Program-made: the position numbers and the translations under genes
Virus record (IMG/VR): IMGVR_UViG_3300013426_000029
Location: 27,134 to 91,133 of that record
Reading direction: 5' to 3' (one strand)
Length of the DNA stretch: 64,000 nt
From: a virus
Lineage: Duplodnaviria > Caudoviricetes
In this document: positions 1 to 9,600 of the stretch, piece by piece
How positions within the stretch are numbered: position 1 is the first letter of the stretch
Layout of the letters: every line of letters starts with the position of its first letter
The notes under the pieces: model-generated
The model's database searches: none
What the model was told of the DNA's origin: nothing
The model's input: the letters and a program-made list of their open reading frames with translations, nothing else

Positions 1-1
1 C

Positions 2-115
2 TGGTTCACAAAGCAAGTAATTGAAGGAGAGAAGGTTGCATTTGATGCTACTTATACTCCTTCTAAGAATACTCATCCTGGTAAGTATCTTGTATTTGGC
101 ATCGATAAAGACTAA
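2..115 (+). CDS. 3' end of a gene entering the window (…WFTKQVIEGEKVAFDATYTPSKNTHPGKYLVFGIDKD*)
   Basis: Open frame from window edge to TAA 113-115, followed by a terminator hairpin. Confidence 0.7.
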   Translation, partial: WFTKQVIEGEKVAFDATYTPSKNTHPGKYLVFGIDKD

Positions 116-138
116 TATTATTTTTAAAATTTAACTTT

Positions 139-180
139 AAATGGAGGTAACTTAGAAATAAGTTATCTCCATTTATTTTT
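139..180 (+). terminator. Intrinsic terminator
   Basis: AAATGGAGGTAACTTA-GAAA-TAAGTTATCTCCATTT stem with GAAA tetraloop, then T-rich tail. Confidence 0.8.
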
Positions 181-211
181 ATAAACGTAACTGTAATTTA
201 AAACCGAAAGG

Positions 212-1726
212 ATGAAATCAGAAACTATTAATAAATTAATTAAACATTTAAAAGCAATTAAAGCCGCTGATATTACAATTAATCAGTATGAAAAAATAAA
301 CAACTTAAGTTCTACATTTATTAAAAATAAAATATATAGTATTAAAGTTGCCCATGAAGATGAAACAATTTCTGACGAAGATTATAATACTATAATGAAT
401 TTATATGAATCTGTTAAACAAAAACATAGCAGAAATTCTGATATTGAAGACACTGATAATCGTTCTGAAGTAACTTTAGATAGAGATGACAATGGAAGAA
501 TAACTCAATACAATTTTAGTGTTAGTATAAGAGATAAAGTCCCTCTTACTGGACATTTTACTAGAGATGAAATGAGTCTTATTTATAGACTTTATTCTAG
601 TTATGGTAGTAATATTACTCAGAGGGAAGTATCTAGATTTTTTCCAGAATATTCTCTTTGTGATTTTAAAAGAATATTGAGAACTTTTAATATCACTAAA
701 GCATCTGCCCCATTTCCTCAACATATTATAGAGGAGAATGATAAATCAACTCTTCTTGATATGCAATTTAGAGAAAAAGAAAACGATTTCCTTAAATCTT
801 ATGAAGCTGATAAAGTTAGACAAATGGATCTGCAACTTAAGAAATACATGAAGGAAAATTATGATTTAAAGAATCAAATCCAATCATTTTCTAATATTAA
901 TCTAAATCTTACAGGCGGAATATCTGTAACACCTAAGCCAAGTAATTCTAAGAAAGATTTATTTATTTATCTTTCTGATATGCATATTGGAGCAAGTGTA
1001 GGAGAAAATTCTCTTTATAATAATACTTATGATGCTAAAGAAGTTCAGAATAGATTAAATAAAATATATAATACTGTATATAATGCCGATGGTTATGATT
1101 CTATAATTGTATGTAATATAGGAGATTCATTAGATGGGGAATATAATCAAACTACCAGAGGAGGACATTATCTTCCTCAAAATATGGATGAAAAGCAACA
1201 AATTAAATGTTTCTTAGAATCTATGTATGGGTTCTTCACTAATTTATCTACTATACCTCATAATGAAATTAAATATTATGCTGTAGGAGAATCTAATCAT
1301 GGTGGAGTATATGAATATGCAAGTCAAATCGCACTAAGTAAAGTATTAGATACAATTAATGTTAAAAGTACAGTATGGGATAAGTTTATAGGTCATTTTA
1401 TACATAAGGGGCATACCTATATATGCTCTCATGGAAAAGATAATAAAGATATGTTTAAAAATTGGCCTCTTACTCTCAACGATAAAACTGAAGGCATTAT
1501 CAACGAATATATGGATATAAATAATATTTCAACAGCTACTGTAATTAAAGGAGATTTACATCAATCTGCAATTACGTATGGTAAAAGATTTGTTTATAGG
1601 TCTGTAGGTTCATTATTTGGAAGTAGTGGTTGGATTATGAAGAATTTTGGTAATACTCATGCTGCTTGTGATTATTCTATTGTTGATGAAAATCAATCAT
1701 TAGATGGAAGAGTAATACTTAACTAG
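212..1726 (+). CDS. Calcineurin-like metallophosphoesterase with N-terminal coiled-coil/unknown domain
   Basis: Motifs DMHIG, GDSLDG, GESNH, SHG, GDLH in the C-terminal half. Ends in TAG; read-through would reach TAA at 1751-1753. Confidence 0.8.
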   Translation: MKSETINKLIKHLKAIKAADITINQYEKINNLSSTFIKNKIYSIKVAHEDETISDEDYNTIMNLYESVKQKHSRNSDIEDTDNRSEVTLDRDDNGRITQYNFSVSIRDKVPLTGHFTRDEMSLIYRLYSSYGSNITQREVSRFFPEYSLCDFKRILRTFNITKASAPFPQHIIEENDKSTLLDMQFREKENDFLKSYEADKVRQMDLQLKKYMKENYDLKNQIQSFSNINLNLTGGISVTPKPSNSKKDLFIYLSDMHIGASVGENSLYNNTYDAKEVQNRLNKIYNTVYNADGYDSIIVCNIGDSLDGEYNQTTRGGHYLPQNMDEKQQIKCFLESMYGFFTNLSTIPHNEIKYYAVGESNHGGVYEYASQIALSKVLDTINVKSTVWDKFIGHFIHKGHTYICSHGKDNKDMFKNWPLTLNDKTEGIINEYMDINNISTATVIKGDLHQSAITYGKRFVYRSVGSLFGSSGWIMKNFGNTHAACDYSIVDENQSLDGRVILN

Positions 1727-1728
1727 AA

Positions 1729-1854
1729 ATGGAATTATTATTTATAGATGTAAAAAACGAAAAGATTCTTGGTAAATTGTTTATTGATTGTTCAAAAATC
1801 TTTCAAGAAAAAGAGTTAGATAAACTAAAAGAAAATTTAAAAAAATTAATATAA
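1729..1854 (+). CDS. Small hypothetical protein (MELLFIDVKNEK…, 41 aa)
   Basis: ATG to TAA ORF filling the gap between genes; below the ORF-track cut-off. Confidence 0.4.
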   Translation: MELLFIDVKNEKILGKLFIDCSKIFQEKELDKLKENLKKLI

Positions 1855-1867
1855 TAATTAAAGAAAA

Positions 1868-2029
1868 ATGAGAAAGTCTGATTATGCATTTGGTAAGTAT
1901 AAACCAAACAAAAACGCAGTTAAAGTAACTTATAAAGGTACAGAGTATCTTTCTAAAGCACAATGTATGGCTCTTGAAGGAATTACAAGAAAACAATTAG
2001 ATGAATATCTTATTCTTAATAAACAATAA
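1868..2029 (+). CDS. Small hypothetical protein (MRKSDYAFGKYKPN…, 53 aa)
   Basis: ATG to TAA ORF tiling the operon. Confidence 0.55.
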   Translation: MRKSDYAFGKYKPNKNAVKVTYKGTEYLSKAQCMALEGITRKQLDEYLILNKQ

Positions 2030-2035
2030 TAAATT

Positions 2036-2800
2036 ATGGAATTAAATCTCGAACAAGTACTTGCAGGAAAAGACACTCAAATTAAAGGTAAATCATATTT
2101 TAGTACCGATGCTTATGTATCTCCTTTTATAGAGAAGATGTCTAAGTATACTGATAACTTTATTTATAATGGTATAATGCCAGATCAAATAACTTTATCT
2201 GAAGGTAGTACAGATGTTACATGGAACCGAATGTGGATTCAAGCAGTAATGCCAGATGAAAATGGATTTGATAATCATAGCCGTGTAGTAGGAATGGTAT
2301 ATGGACTTGATATTCGTAAACCGGTAGTTAAATTTTATGTAGGAGGCCTTAATATGGCATGTTGTAATCTTTGTGTGTTTTCTCCTTCATTCTTAGATGT
2401 ACAAGAACTTGAACCAGATTCAGCTATAAATTATAAACCAGTTGATAGACTTCTTGAACAGGTAGATAACGTTAGGGTTACTCTAGAAAAATTACGTAAT
2501 ACTACAGTTGATTATAATGAAGTTCTTATTAATGAGAATCTTGGAGATTGGGTTCGTAAAACTTTAAATAGTACTTATTCTAATCAATATTCTAAAGTAA
2601 AGCTTGCAACATCTACTGCGATTGATGCTTATAAACTACTTTATGAAAATGAAGATTCTCCTTATTATGTACCTAAAGATACAAGTACTGATATGTTTAA
2701 TATCTATAATGCTTGGACTCAAGTAATTACTAACGATAAGAGAGATATTATAAATAAAGCTGAAAAAACTTTGTTAATTGGTAATATTCTAGGAATTTAA
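2036..2800 (+). CDS. Conserved phage protein, DUF932-like
   Basis: 254-aa ORF; GGLNMACCNLCVF and FNIYNAWTQ resemble DUF932-family motifs. Confidence 0.55.
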   Translation: MELNLEQVLAGKDTQIKGKSYFSTDAYVSPFIEKMSKYTDNFIYNGIMPDQITLSEGSTDVTWNRMWIQAVMPDENGFDNHSRVVGMVYGLDIRKPVVKFYVGGLNMACCNLCVFSPSFLDVQELEPDSAINYKPVDRLLEQVDNVRVTLEKLRNTTVDYNEVLINENLGDWVRKTLNSTYSNQYSKVKLATSTAIDAYKLLYENEDSPYYVPKDTSTDMFNIYNAWTQVITNDKRDIINKAEKTLLIGNILGI

Positions 2801-2802
2801 AT

Positions 2803-3009
2803 ATGTGGATATTTAAAGTAATATTAATTTTATATGCTTTAATTTATATTTTACTTGGAATCATTGTTAAATATAACATAGGTAATTCTCAATATATATT
2901 AAAAGAATATATTTCTAATGATAATTATATTAGCAATAATTTACCTATTAATTGCATTAATAATGGTTTCTTTTTATTAATAATTATTTGGTTAGCATTA
3001 TTTAGTTGA
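2803..3009 (+). CDS. Small membrane protein
   Basis: Hydrophobic segments at both ends. Confidence 0.55.
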   Translation: MWIFKVILILYALIYILLGIIVKYNIGNSQYILKEYISNDNYISNNLPINCINNGFFLLIIIWLALFS

Positions 3010-3011
3010 AT

Positions 3012-3209
3012 ATGGAACTAGCTATAATGGATTATTCAAATGGTACTTTACATATTTATCCAGTACCTAAATTAAATATGGAAGAATCTGAAATATTAGA
3101 CTATATAGAAGATCTGGGATTTAAATTAAGTCAGGTAGATTGGATGCTTGCATCTCATAAAATTGATGTATTTGATTATGGAGTTAGCGATCGTATACAA
3201 CAGCGATAA
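3012..3209 (+). CDS. Hypothetical protein (MELAIMDYSNG…)
   Basis: ATG 3012 preferred over TTG 3006; resembles ORF 14869-15048. Confidence 0.6.
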   Translation: MELAIMDYSNGTLHIYPVPKLNMEESEILDYIEDLGFKLSQVDWMLASHKIDVFDYGVSDRIQQR

Positions 3210-3456
3210 GCATAAAGACTTTTATAATTCTTTAATAAATTATTTATTACAAAATAATATTAAGAATAGTAGCTTTGATGCTAAATATACTAAAGAAAGA
3301 AAGAAAAGTTATAGAGTTAAAGGAGCATTTAGTGCTAGATTAGATCCCTTTGTAGGAATATATGAGAATAATAATCCTATAAAAGGATTTTATTCAGAAG
3401 CTAATGAATGTACTTTAGATAATATTATAAACTATATTAAAACTAATAATATATGA
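3178..3456 (+). CDS. Hypothetical protein (MELAIVYNSD…)
   Basis: Track ORF 3148-3456, ATG 3178 more likely; stop overlaps dUTPase start (ATGA). Confidence 0.65.
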   Translation: MELAIVYNSDKHKDFYNSLINYLLQNNIKNSSFDAKYTKERKKSYRVKGAFSARLDPFVGIYENNNPIKGFYSEANECTLDNIINYIKTNNI

Positions 3457-3962
3457 GAGTAAATGTAATTAATAATTCTGAAAATCCACTTCCTAAATAT
3501 GAATCTGAGTATGCTGCAGGTTTAGATTTACGTGCTTCTTTTAAATATATTACTCCTGAGAATCCATTAAAGCTTTACGGAGAAGGAGAAATTGTATTTG
3601 CTGGAGAACATCACGCTAAGACTATGTTACGGCTTGAACCTGGAAGTAGAGCAATTATTCCTACTGATATGTTTGTGTCTATCCCAAGCGGACATTTTGC
3701 AGCAATATATCCAAGAAGTGGTCTTAGTATTAAAAAAGGTTTGGGTTTATGTAACTCTGTTGGGGTTATAGATGCAGATTATAGGGGAAATATCGGTATT
3801 CCTGTAATTAATAATGGTTTAGAAACTATTTGGATAGAAGATGGTGAACGTATTGCTCAACTTATTCTTCAACCATATATTACAGTAGATTGGAATCAAG
3901 TAACTAGTCTTGATGAAACTAAAAGAGGAGAAGGTGGTTTTAATTCAACAGGAACAAAATGA
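3453..3962 (+). CDS. dut: Trimeric dUTPase
   Basis: AAGLDL, PRSG, GVIDADYRG, ERIAQL, RGEGGFNSTG motifs. Confidence 0.95.
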   Translation: MRVNVINNSENPLPKYESEYAAGLDLRASFKYITPENPLKLYGEGEIVFAGEHHAKTMLRLEPGSRAIIPTDMFVSIPSGHFAAIYPRSGLSIKKGLGLCNSVGVIDADYRGNIGIPVINNGLETIWIEDGERIAQLILQPYITVDWNQVTSLDETKRGEGGFNSTGTK

Positions 3963-4123
3963 CAACACAGGCACAGAATTCAATTAATCTATATAAAGGT
4001 AATAATCCTAGTAAAATTAAAATAGGATTATCTTTACAGAAACCATCAGTAGTTAAAGAACTTATGGATTATTTTAAAGTAGATAGCAAAGACAAATTAG
4101 CACTTAAATTATCACAATTATAA
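3959..4123 (+). CDS. Small hypothetical protein (MTTQAQNSINLYKG…, 54 aa)
   Basis: ATGA overlap with dut stop and TAATG overlap with next gene. Confidence 0.6.
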   Translation: MTTQAQNSINLYKGNNPSKIKIGLSLQKPSVVKELMDYFKVDSKDKLALKLSQL

Positions 4124-4476
4124 TGGGACTTGATATTAGTTTTAGAAAAGTAAAAAGAACTGATTTATCTTATTTTCGTAAGGTTAATTTTTTAGTTAAA
4201 TTCTTTAATGATAAATACCCAGAATTAAAAAATTGTTATCCTATAGATATAACTAAAGAAGATTTATTTGATCTTAAAAATCGATGTGAAGAAGTATTGC
4301 ACGATCATACTAAAGCAGATAAATTGCTTCCAACACAAGATGGATTTTTCTTTGGGTCTGTAGATTATGATGATGATTATTATAAAGATGTACAAGATGT
4401 ATTAAATGCTGTAGCTGATATGTTATCAATAGATTTAGCTAATAATGAAAATATAGAATTTGAAATTTGGTATTAA
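4123..4476 (+). CDS. Conserved phage hypothetical protein
   Basis: MGLD start, YFRKVN and LLPTQDGFFFGS..YD motifs typical of a widespread phage family. Confidence 0.7.
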   Translation: MGLDISFRKVKRTDLSYFRKVNFLVKFFNDKYPELKNCYPIDITKEDLFDLKNRCEEVLHDHTKADKLLPTQDGFFFGSVDYDDDYYKDVQDVLNAVADMLSIDLANNENIEFEIWY

Positions 4477-4497
4477 TTGTTTTATAAACGATGTGTG

Positions 4498-4752
4498 ATG
4501 ATTAAACAAGATTTCATTAAAATAATCCAAAGTCAACTTGATTGGGATGATAAAATAACTAAATTAGAAAATATTCTTCAAACAGAATTATATATGTCAG
4601 ATATGTATTCTCATCCTACGTTTTTATTTGAGTATATTATTAGGGATAAATTTACCAAAGACGGGGAAGATATTATCTATACCTATATTTATGAAGAAGG
4701 AGAACGAGATCTAGAATATTTATGGAATAAAGTAAAAGATTATAGAAAATAA
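4498..4752 (+). CDS. Hypothetical protein (MIKQDFIKII…)
   Basis: Track ORF 4477-4752, ATG 4498 likely; resembles 4942-5253. Confidence 0.6.
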   Translation: MIKQDFIKIIQSQLDWDDKITKLENILQTELYMSDMYSHPTFLFEYIIRDKFTKDGEDIIYTYIYEEGERDLEYLWNKVKDYRK

Positions 4753-4955
4753 TGGAATTTAATAAATTAAATTCAGTAACTGATAAACTAGGAAAATACT
4801 TTTATACTAGTAATGATGATTATATTACTGTTACTAAATGGAGTAATGGAGAAGGATATGATATAGATTTAAATGGAAAACTTGTTCAACTTCATGAATG
4901 TGAATTAGATGCTATTAATTATTTAGTTCAAACATTACGATATGAAGAAAAGTGA
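4752..4955 (+). CDS. Hypothetical protein
   Basis: ORF translationally coupled to both neighbours. Confidence 0.65.
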   Translation: MEFNKLNSVTDKLGKYFYTSNDDYITVTKWSNGEGYDIDLNGKLVQLHECELDAINYLVQTLRYEEK

Positions 4956-5253
4956 TTTTTGTAAAGTAGCTACAACAATATTAACAATAGAAGATTTCTT
5001 TGATAAATCTTTTAAGTTAAATATAGATTTAATATCTTCTTCGGTTTCAGACTATTATGTTATTTCAAGTATCTTATTTGAAACTAATTACGGTATTAAA
5101 GGTAAAGAATTCCTTGATTGGTGGTTTTATGAAAGAGATACAAACAAATCCACAAAAGAACAATTATGGGATGAAAATGGAGCTCCTATAGATGTAGACT
5201 CTATTTTATCTTTATATCAATATATGGAAGATAATTATAGAAATAATTGTTAA
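4942..5253 (+). CDS. Hypothetical protein
   Basis: 103-aa ORF in operon. Confidence 0.65.
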   Translation: MKKSDFCKVATTILTIEDFFDKSFKLNIDLISSSVSDYYVISSILFETNYGIKGKEFLDWWFYERDTNKSTKEQLWDENGAPIDVDSILSLYQYMEDNYRNNC

Positions 5254-5265
5254 ATTAAATAATTT

Positions 5266-5590
5266 ATAGTATATTTGACTTTGACGTAGTGCTTCTTTGC
5301 AGATCAGTTCTAGCACATAATAAACATTAGAACCGTGCGTGTATTCGCTTGTCAAAGCTAACTGCCCTAGGAATCCCGCTCTGTCTTTGGCCCTGACAAC
5401 GAGTGCTGGTATAAATCGGGGCGTGCCCAGCATCACAGTGTGTATACATTGGTTAGTAGCGATGACTCCTTAGTGAAAGTCTCAGACTTTTAACGAAAAT
5501 AGTACCTAAGAAGGGGAAGGAGTTCAAGTTGGCATATATCAATAGAGTAAAAATTGATATTACCAGCATAGGGGGCCCTATATACTATTG
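5266..5590 (+). ncRNA. Candidate structured non-coding RNA (about 320 nt), family unknown
   Basis: GC-rich intergenic island with complementary segments: 5266-5274/5580-5588, 5279-5285/5351-5357, 5307-5312/5328-5333, 5404-5411/5561-5568, 5465-5471/5517-5523, hairpins 5476-5490 and 5536-5560; followed by a terminator. Confidence 0.65.
5270..5277 (+). promoter_or_regulatory. Bacteroidota-type -7 promoter element (TAnnTTTG)
   Basis: TATATTTG at the 5' edge of the GC-rich island; ATTG about 20 nt upstream could be the -33 element. Confidence 0.4.
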
Positions 5591-5597
5591 TTAATTC

Positions 5598-5637
5598 AGA
5601 TAAGTCCTAAGTATTTTCTTAGGACTTATCTTTTTTT
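5598..5637 (+). terminator. Intrinsic terminator
   Basis: AGATAAGTCCTAAG-TATTTT-CTTAGGACTTATCT perfect stem followed by a T run. Confidence 0.85.
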
Positions 5638-5645
5638 ATCTATTT

Positions 5646-6863
5646 ATGATTGAATATTTATTAGGAAAAAGTTCTGCTGGTAAATTTAGATTTGCCGTTA
5701 TTGAATGTAACGAACAATGGAGTGAACCCGATAAAGGCTATGTTATTCAACGTAGTTATGGGCAAGTAGGCGGTAAAACAACTTTATCTCCTAAGATTAT
5801 TGTAGATAGAACTAAACAGAAAAGAAATTGGAAGGAACAATATACTTTACAATTTAATTCGGAATTAAAGAAATTTCTAGATAAGGGTTATATCAAAGTA
5901 TCTAAGCATCCTAATGAGTATACAAATGAAGAACTTAATTCTATCTTCGGTGAAGTTAAAACTAATCAATATGGAGTAATTAAACCTATGCTAGCTAAGC
6001 AAGCCGATAAAGTTACTAATAAAAAGATATTTGATAATGTTTGGATAGCTTCAAAAAAATTAGATGGCGTAAGATGTCTTATGTACTATAAAGATGGAGA
6101 AATACTTACTGCTTCTAGAGGTGGAGAAACATATCAACCATCTACAGTACATATTCGTAATGATGAACGGTTATTAAATTACTTTAAAAATAATCCAACT
6201 CATATTTTAGATGGGGAATTATTTAAAAGATTTAAGAGCCTTCAGCAAATTAGTGGTGCTGCTAGATTAGAAAAGAATGCTTATGATTGTGAATGGCTTC
6301 AATACTGGATATACGATGTATATGATACTTCTAATCATGATTGGAAAGCTGAAGATAGAATAAAACATCTTCTTAATAGTTCAATTACTTATAATATTCC
6401 ATTATATGCAGATACTTCCATGGATGAAGAAGATAGTAATATATTTATATTAATGCAAGAATCTGTTTCTGGTTGGGATAATATAGATAAATTACACGAT
6501 CAATTTGTAAATGAAGGATTTGAAGGTGTAGTAATTAGAAATCCAGATAAACCTTACAAACCAGGAGGTCGTACAAATGATATGATTAAAGTAAAGAAAT
6601 ATAAATCTGAAGATTTTAAAGTAATAGGATATAAACTAGGTCTTAGAGGTTCTGAAGATATGACTTTTACTTGTGAATTAGAAGATGGTAGAACATTTGA
6701 AGCAATGCCTTGTGGAACAAGAGAACAGAAAGTAGAATATGTTAAGAATTTTGATTCTAAATATAAAGGACATAAAGCAGAATGTACTTTCTTTAATTAT
6801 TCAGATGATGGAATTCCTACTCAACCTAAATTAAGAATCTTTAGATTTGACTTAGAGAAATGA
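5646..6863 (+). CDS. lig: ATP-dependent DNA ligase
   Basis: KPMLA, KLDGVR (adenylated Lys), LDGE, EGVVIR, MIKVK motifs plus C-terminal OB fold. Confidence 0.93.
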   Translation: MIEYLLGKSSAGKFRFAVIECNEQWSEPDKGYVIQRSYGQVGGKTTLSPKIIVDRTKQKRNWKEQYTLQFNSELKKFLDKGYIKVSKHPNEYTNEELNSIFGEVKTNQYGVIKPMLAKQADKVTNKKIFDNVWIASKKLDGVRCLMYYKDGEILTASRGGETYQPSTVHIRNDERLLNYFKNNPTHILDGELFKRFKSLQQISGAARLEKNAYDCEWLQYWIYDVYDTSNHDWKAEDRIKHLLNSSITYNIPLYADTSMDEEDSNIFILMQESVSGWDNIDKLHDQFVNEGFEGVVIRNPDKPYKPGGRTNDMIKVKKYKSEDFKVIGYKLGLRGSEDMTFTCELEDGRTFEAMPCGTREQKVEYVKNFDSKYKGHKAECTFFNYSDDGIPTQPKLRIFRFDLEK

Positions 6864-8749
6864 TAATTAAAAACAATATAGTATTTGTTTATGATATAGA
6901 AATATTTCCTAATTTATTTCATTGTACTATAAAAGATACAGAATCTAAACAATTATATTTCTTTGAAATATCTGCGAGAAAGAAACAGGCAAAAGAGCTT
7001 GTTTCTTTCTTTTTGACTAAAGGTAGATTATTTTGTGGATATAATAATATACATTATGACAATCCAATTATTAATTTTTTAATTGATAAAAAAAATTCTT
7101 TAGATAGTATCTCTTGGTATCATATGTGTAATGTATTATTTCAATTAAGTAATTTAATTATAAATAGTGAACCAGGAAAATATAACAAATGGAGTAAGTG
7201 GAAGTATGCTAATAATTATCCTACACTTGATTTATTAACTATGTTATATTCTTCTAAACTAAGAGTTGGTTTAAAAGAAATGCAAATAACAATGAAATTT
7301 CATAATGTTCAAGAGTATGATGGAGATTTTAGTAAACCATTACCTATATCGGAAATAGATCATCTAATACAATATAATATTAATGATGTAGAAAGTACTG
7401 AAGAATTACTATATAGATGTAAAGCAGATATAGATTTAAGATTAGGTATTGAACAAGAATACGGAGTTGATGTTCTATCTAAAGATGGAATGACAATTGG
7501 TATGGAGATTATTAAACAGAAGTATCTTGAAAGAACTGGAAAAGAATGGAAAGATATTAAAGATCTAAGAGATGCTTGTGATTTAATTCCATTAAAAGAT
7601 GTTATATTTAATAATATACATTTTAAAACTAAACAATTACAAGATATTCTATCTTGGTTAAAAACATTAACTGTAGACCCAGGTAGAAAAGGATTAGAAA
7701 AACATTTCTTATTAGATAATCTTGAAATATCTTTAGGTGTAGGTGGTGTTCACTCTGTTAATACTCCTACTATATTTAAAGAAGATGATACTTGGAGTAT
7801 TAGTGATGTGGATGTTGCTTCGCTATATCCAAGTTTAATTTGTAGTTATAATCTATATCCACCACAATTAGGAGAAGCGTTTCTTGATGTTTATTCAGGT
7901 ATTAGAAAAGAAAGATTAGAAGCTAAAAAGAATGGAGATACTGTAAAGAATCTTACATTAAAGTTAAGTCTTAACGGTCTTTCTGGAAATCTTCAAAATG
8001 CATATAATTTTTGTTATTCACCACGAACTGTTATGAAAATCCGAATGAATGGTCAACTAATGCTATTAATGTTGGCTGAAAGATTACTTGGGATAGGATG
8101 TAAGCTAATTCAATTAAATACTGATGGTATATTCTTGAAATGGCCTAAAGATAAAAGAAAGGACTTTGAACAAGTAATGAAGGATTGGGAAAAAGAAACT
8201 AAATTAACTCTTGAGGAAGATCAATATGAAGCATTTTATCAATTTGCAATTAATGATTATTTAGCTATATCAAGAGGATATTCGGAATCTAAAAACCCTA
8301 AATTACTTAAAAAGAAAGGATTATTTATAGATACAGTACATCTTGGTAAAGGTATGCAACCAATGATAATACCTAAAGCTATAAATAATTATTTTGCTAA
8401 TAATATTCCAGTTGAAGAAACAGTATACAATGATAAAGATATTAATAACTTTATTACTTATCAAAAGGTGGCTAAAAAATTTAGAATAGAATATAACGGA
8501 GAGTTAATAACTAATACAAATAGATATTATATCTCTATCAATGCTCCTTATTTATTTAAATGTGAAGTAGATACTAATGGCGCAAGAAGTAGATATATTA
8601 ATATGCTTAAAGGGCATGGTGTAATTATAGTCAATAATTTAGATGAAATTAAAGAATTTCCTAAAAATATTGATTATAAATATTATATAGCAGAAGCTAA
8701 TAAGATTATACAAAAATTTAAATGTGTACAATTGAGCTTGTTTGAATGA
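6860..8749 (+). CDS. Family B DNA polymerase with 3'-5' exonuclease
   Basis: YDIE, GYN..YD, YNINDV exonuclease motifs; DVASLYP, KLSLNGLSG, NTDG polymerase motifs. Confidence 0.92.
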   Translation: MIIKNNIVFVYDIEIFPNLFHCTIKDTESKQLYFFEISARKKQAKELVSFFLTKGRLFCGYNNIHYDNPIINFLIDKKNSLDSISWYHMCNVLFQLSNLIINSEPGKYNKWSKWKYANNYPTLDLLTMLYSSKLRVGLKEMQITMKFHNVQEYDGDFSKPLPISEIDHLIQYNINDVESTEELLYRCKADIDLRLGIEQEYGVDVLSKDGMTIGMEIIKQKYLERTGKEWKDIKDLRDACDLIPLKDVIFNNIHFKTKQLQDILSWLKTLTVDPGRKGLEKHFLLDNLEISLGVGGVHSVNTPTIFKEDDTWSISDVDVASLYPSLICSYNLYPPQLGEAFLDVYSGIRKERLEAKKNGDTVKNLTLKLSLNGLSGNLQNAYNFCYSPRTVMKIRMNGQLMLLMLAERLLGIGCKLIQLNTDGIFLKWPKDKRKDFEQVMKDWEKETKLTLEEDQYEAFYQFAINDYLAISRGYSESKNPKLLKKKGLFIDTVHLGKGMQPMIIPKAINNYFANNIPVEETVYNDKDINNFITYQKVAKKFRIEYNGELITNTNRYYISINAPYLFKCEVDTNGARSRYINMLKGHGVIIVNNLDEIKEFPKNIDYKYYIAEANKIIQKFKCVQLSLFE

Positions 8750-9600
8750 AGGCATATACTATTACTAAAAGTATTACTAATAGAGATAATAATGCATTAC
8801 GTATTTATTTTAAAGATATAAATAAACATTCATTATTATCTAAAGAAGAAGAATTAGATATTGTTAAAAAAATAAAATCTGGAGATGAACAAGCTAAGAA
8901 TAAATTAATTACTTCTAATTTAAGATTTGTTATTTCTATTGCTAAAAAGTATCAAAATAATGGTTTAGATTTAAATGATTTAATTCAAGAAGGTAGTCTT
9001 GGATTAATAAACGCAGTTAATTTCTTTGATGAATCTAAAGGATATAAATTTATATCATTTGCAGTTTGGTATATACGACAAGCAATTACTAAAGCATTAA
9101 CAGATACTTGTAGAGTAGTAAGAGTTCCTTTAAATCAAATTACAAATGTAAATAAAGTTAAACGTGCTATTAATAAAGTAGAATGCCAAACAGGTAAGAA
9201 AGCTTCTATTGAAGAAATATCTAAATTAACTAATCTTTCTTCTTCTAAAATTAATAATACTGAAACCGCTATAAAAACTTCAGTATCTTTAGATACACCT
9301 ATTTCTGATTCTGAAGGAGATTGTTTAATTAATATTATTCCAGATAAAGAAACGCAAGAGACAGATTATTTAGTAGAAAAAGACGATAAAAATAAAGCAG
9401 TTGAATATATATTATCCAAATTATCTCCTAGAAAAAGAGATATAATTAGAATGTCATTTGGTATAGGAATGTATCCTATGCTAAATGATGATATTGCTAA
9501 TTATTTTGGAATAGGTAGTGAAAGAGTTAGACAAATAGAAAAAGAAACAATTGCCTTTTTACAAAAGAAATATAAAAACAAACTTAAAGACTTATTATGA
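8746..9600 (+). CDS. RNA polymerase sigma-70 family factor (RpoD/RpoS-like regions 1.2-4)
   Basis: NLRFVISIAKKY, DLIQEGSLGL, KFISFAVWYIRQ, SLDTP, ERVRQIE motifs. Confidence 0.92.
   Translation: MKAYTITKSITNRDNNALRIYFKDINKHSLLSKEEELDIVKKIKSGDEQAKNKLITSNLRFVISIAKKYQNNGLDLNDLIQEGSLGLINAVNFFDESKGYKFISFAVWYIRQAITKALTDTCRVVRVPLNQITNVNKVKRAINKVECQTGKKASIEEISKLTNLSSSKINNTETAIKTSVSLDTPISDSEGDCLINIIPDKETQETDYLVEKDDKNKAVEYILSKLSPRKRDIIRMSFGIGMYPMLNDDIANYFGIGSERVRQIEKETIAFLQKKYKNKLKDLL

Noticed and set aside
5212-5436. 74-aa minus-strand ORF over the GC-rich island
   Set aside because: Opposite to the local gene direction with atypical composition; better explained by the higher GC of a structured RNA.
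5266-5590. Identification as tmRNA, RNase P RNA, tRNA or intron
   Set aside because: No tRNA-like ends or T-loop, only a weak GAAAGTC resemblance to RNase P CR-I without CR-V, and no group I P7 pair or group II domain V seen.
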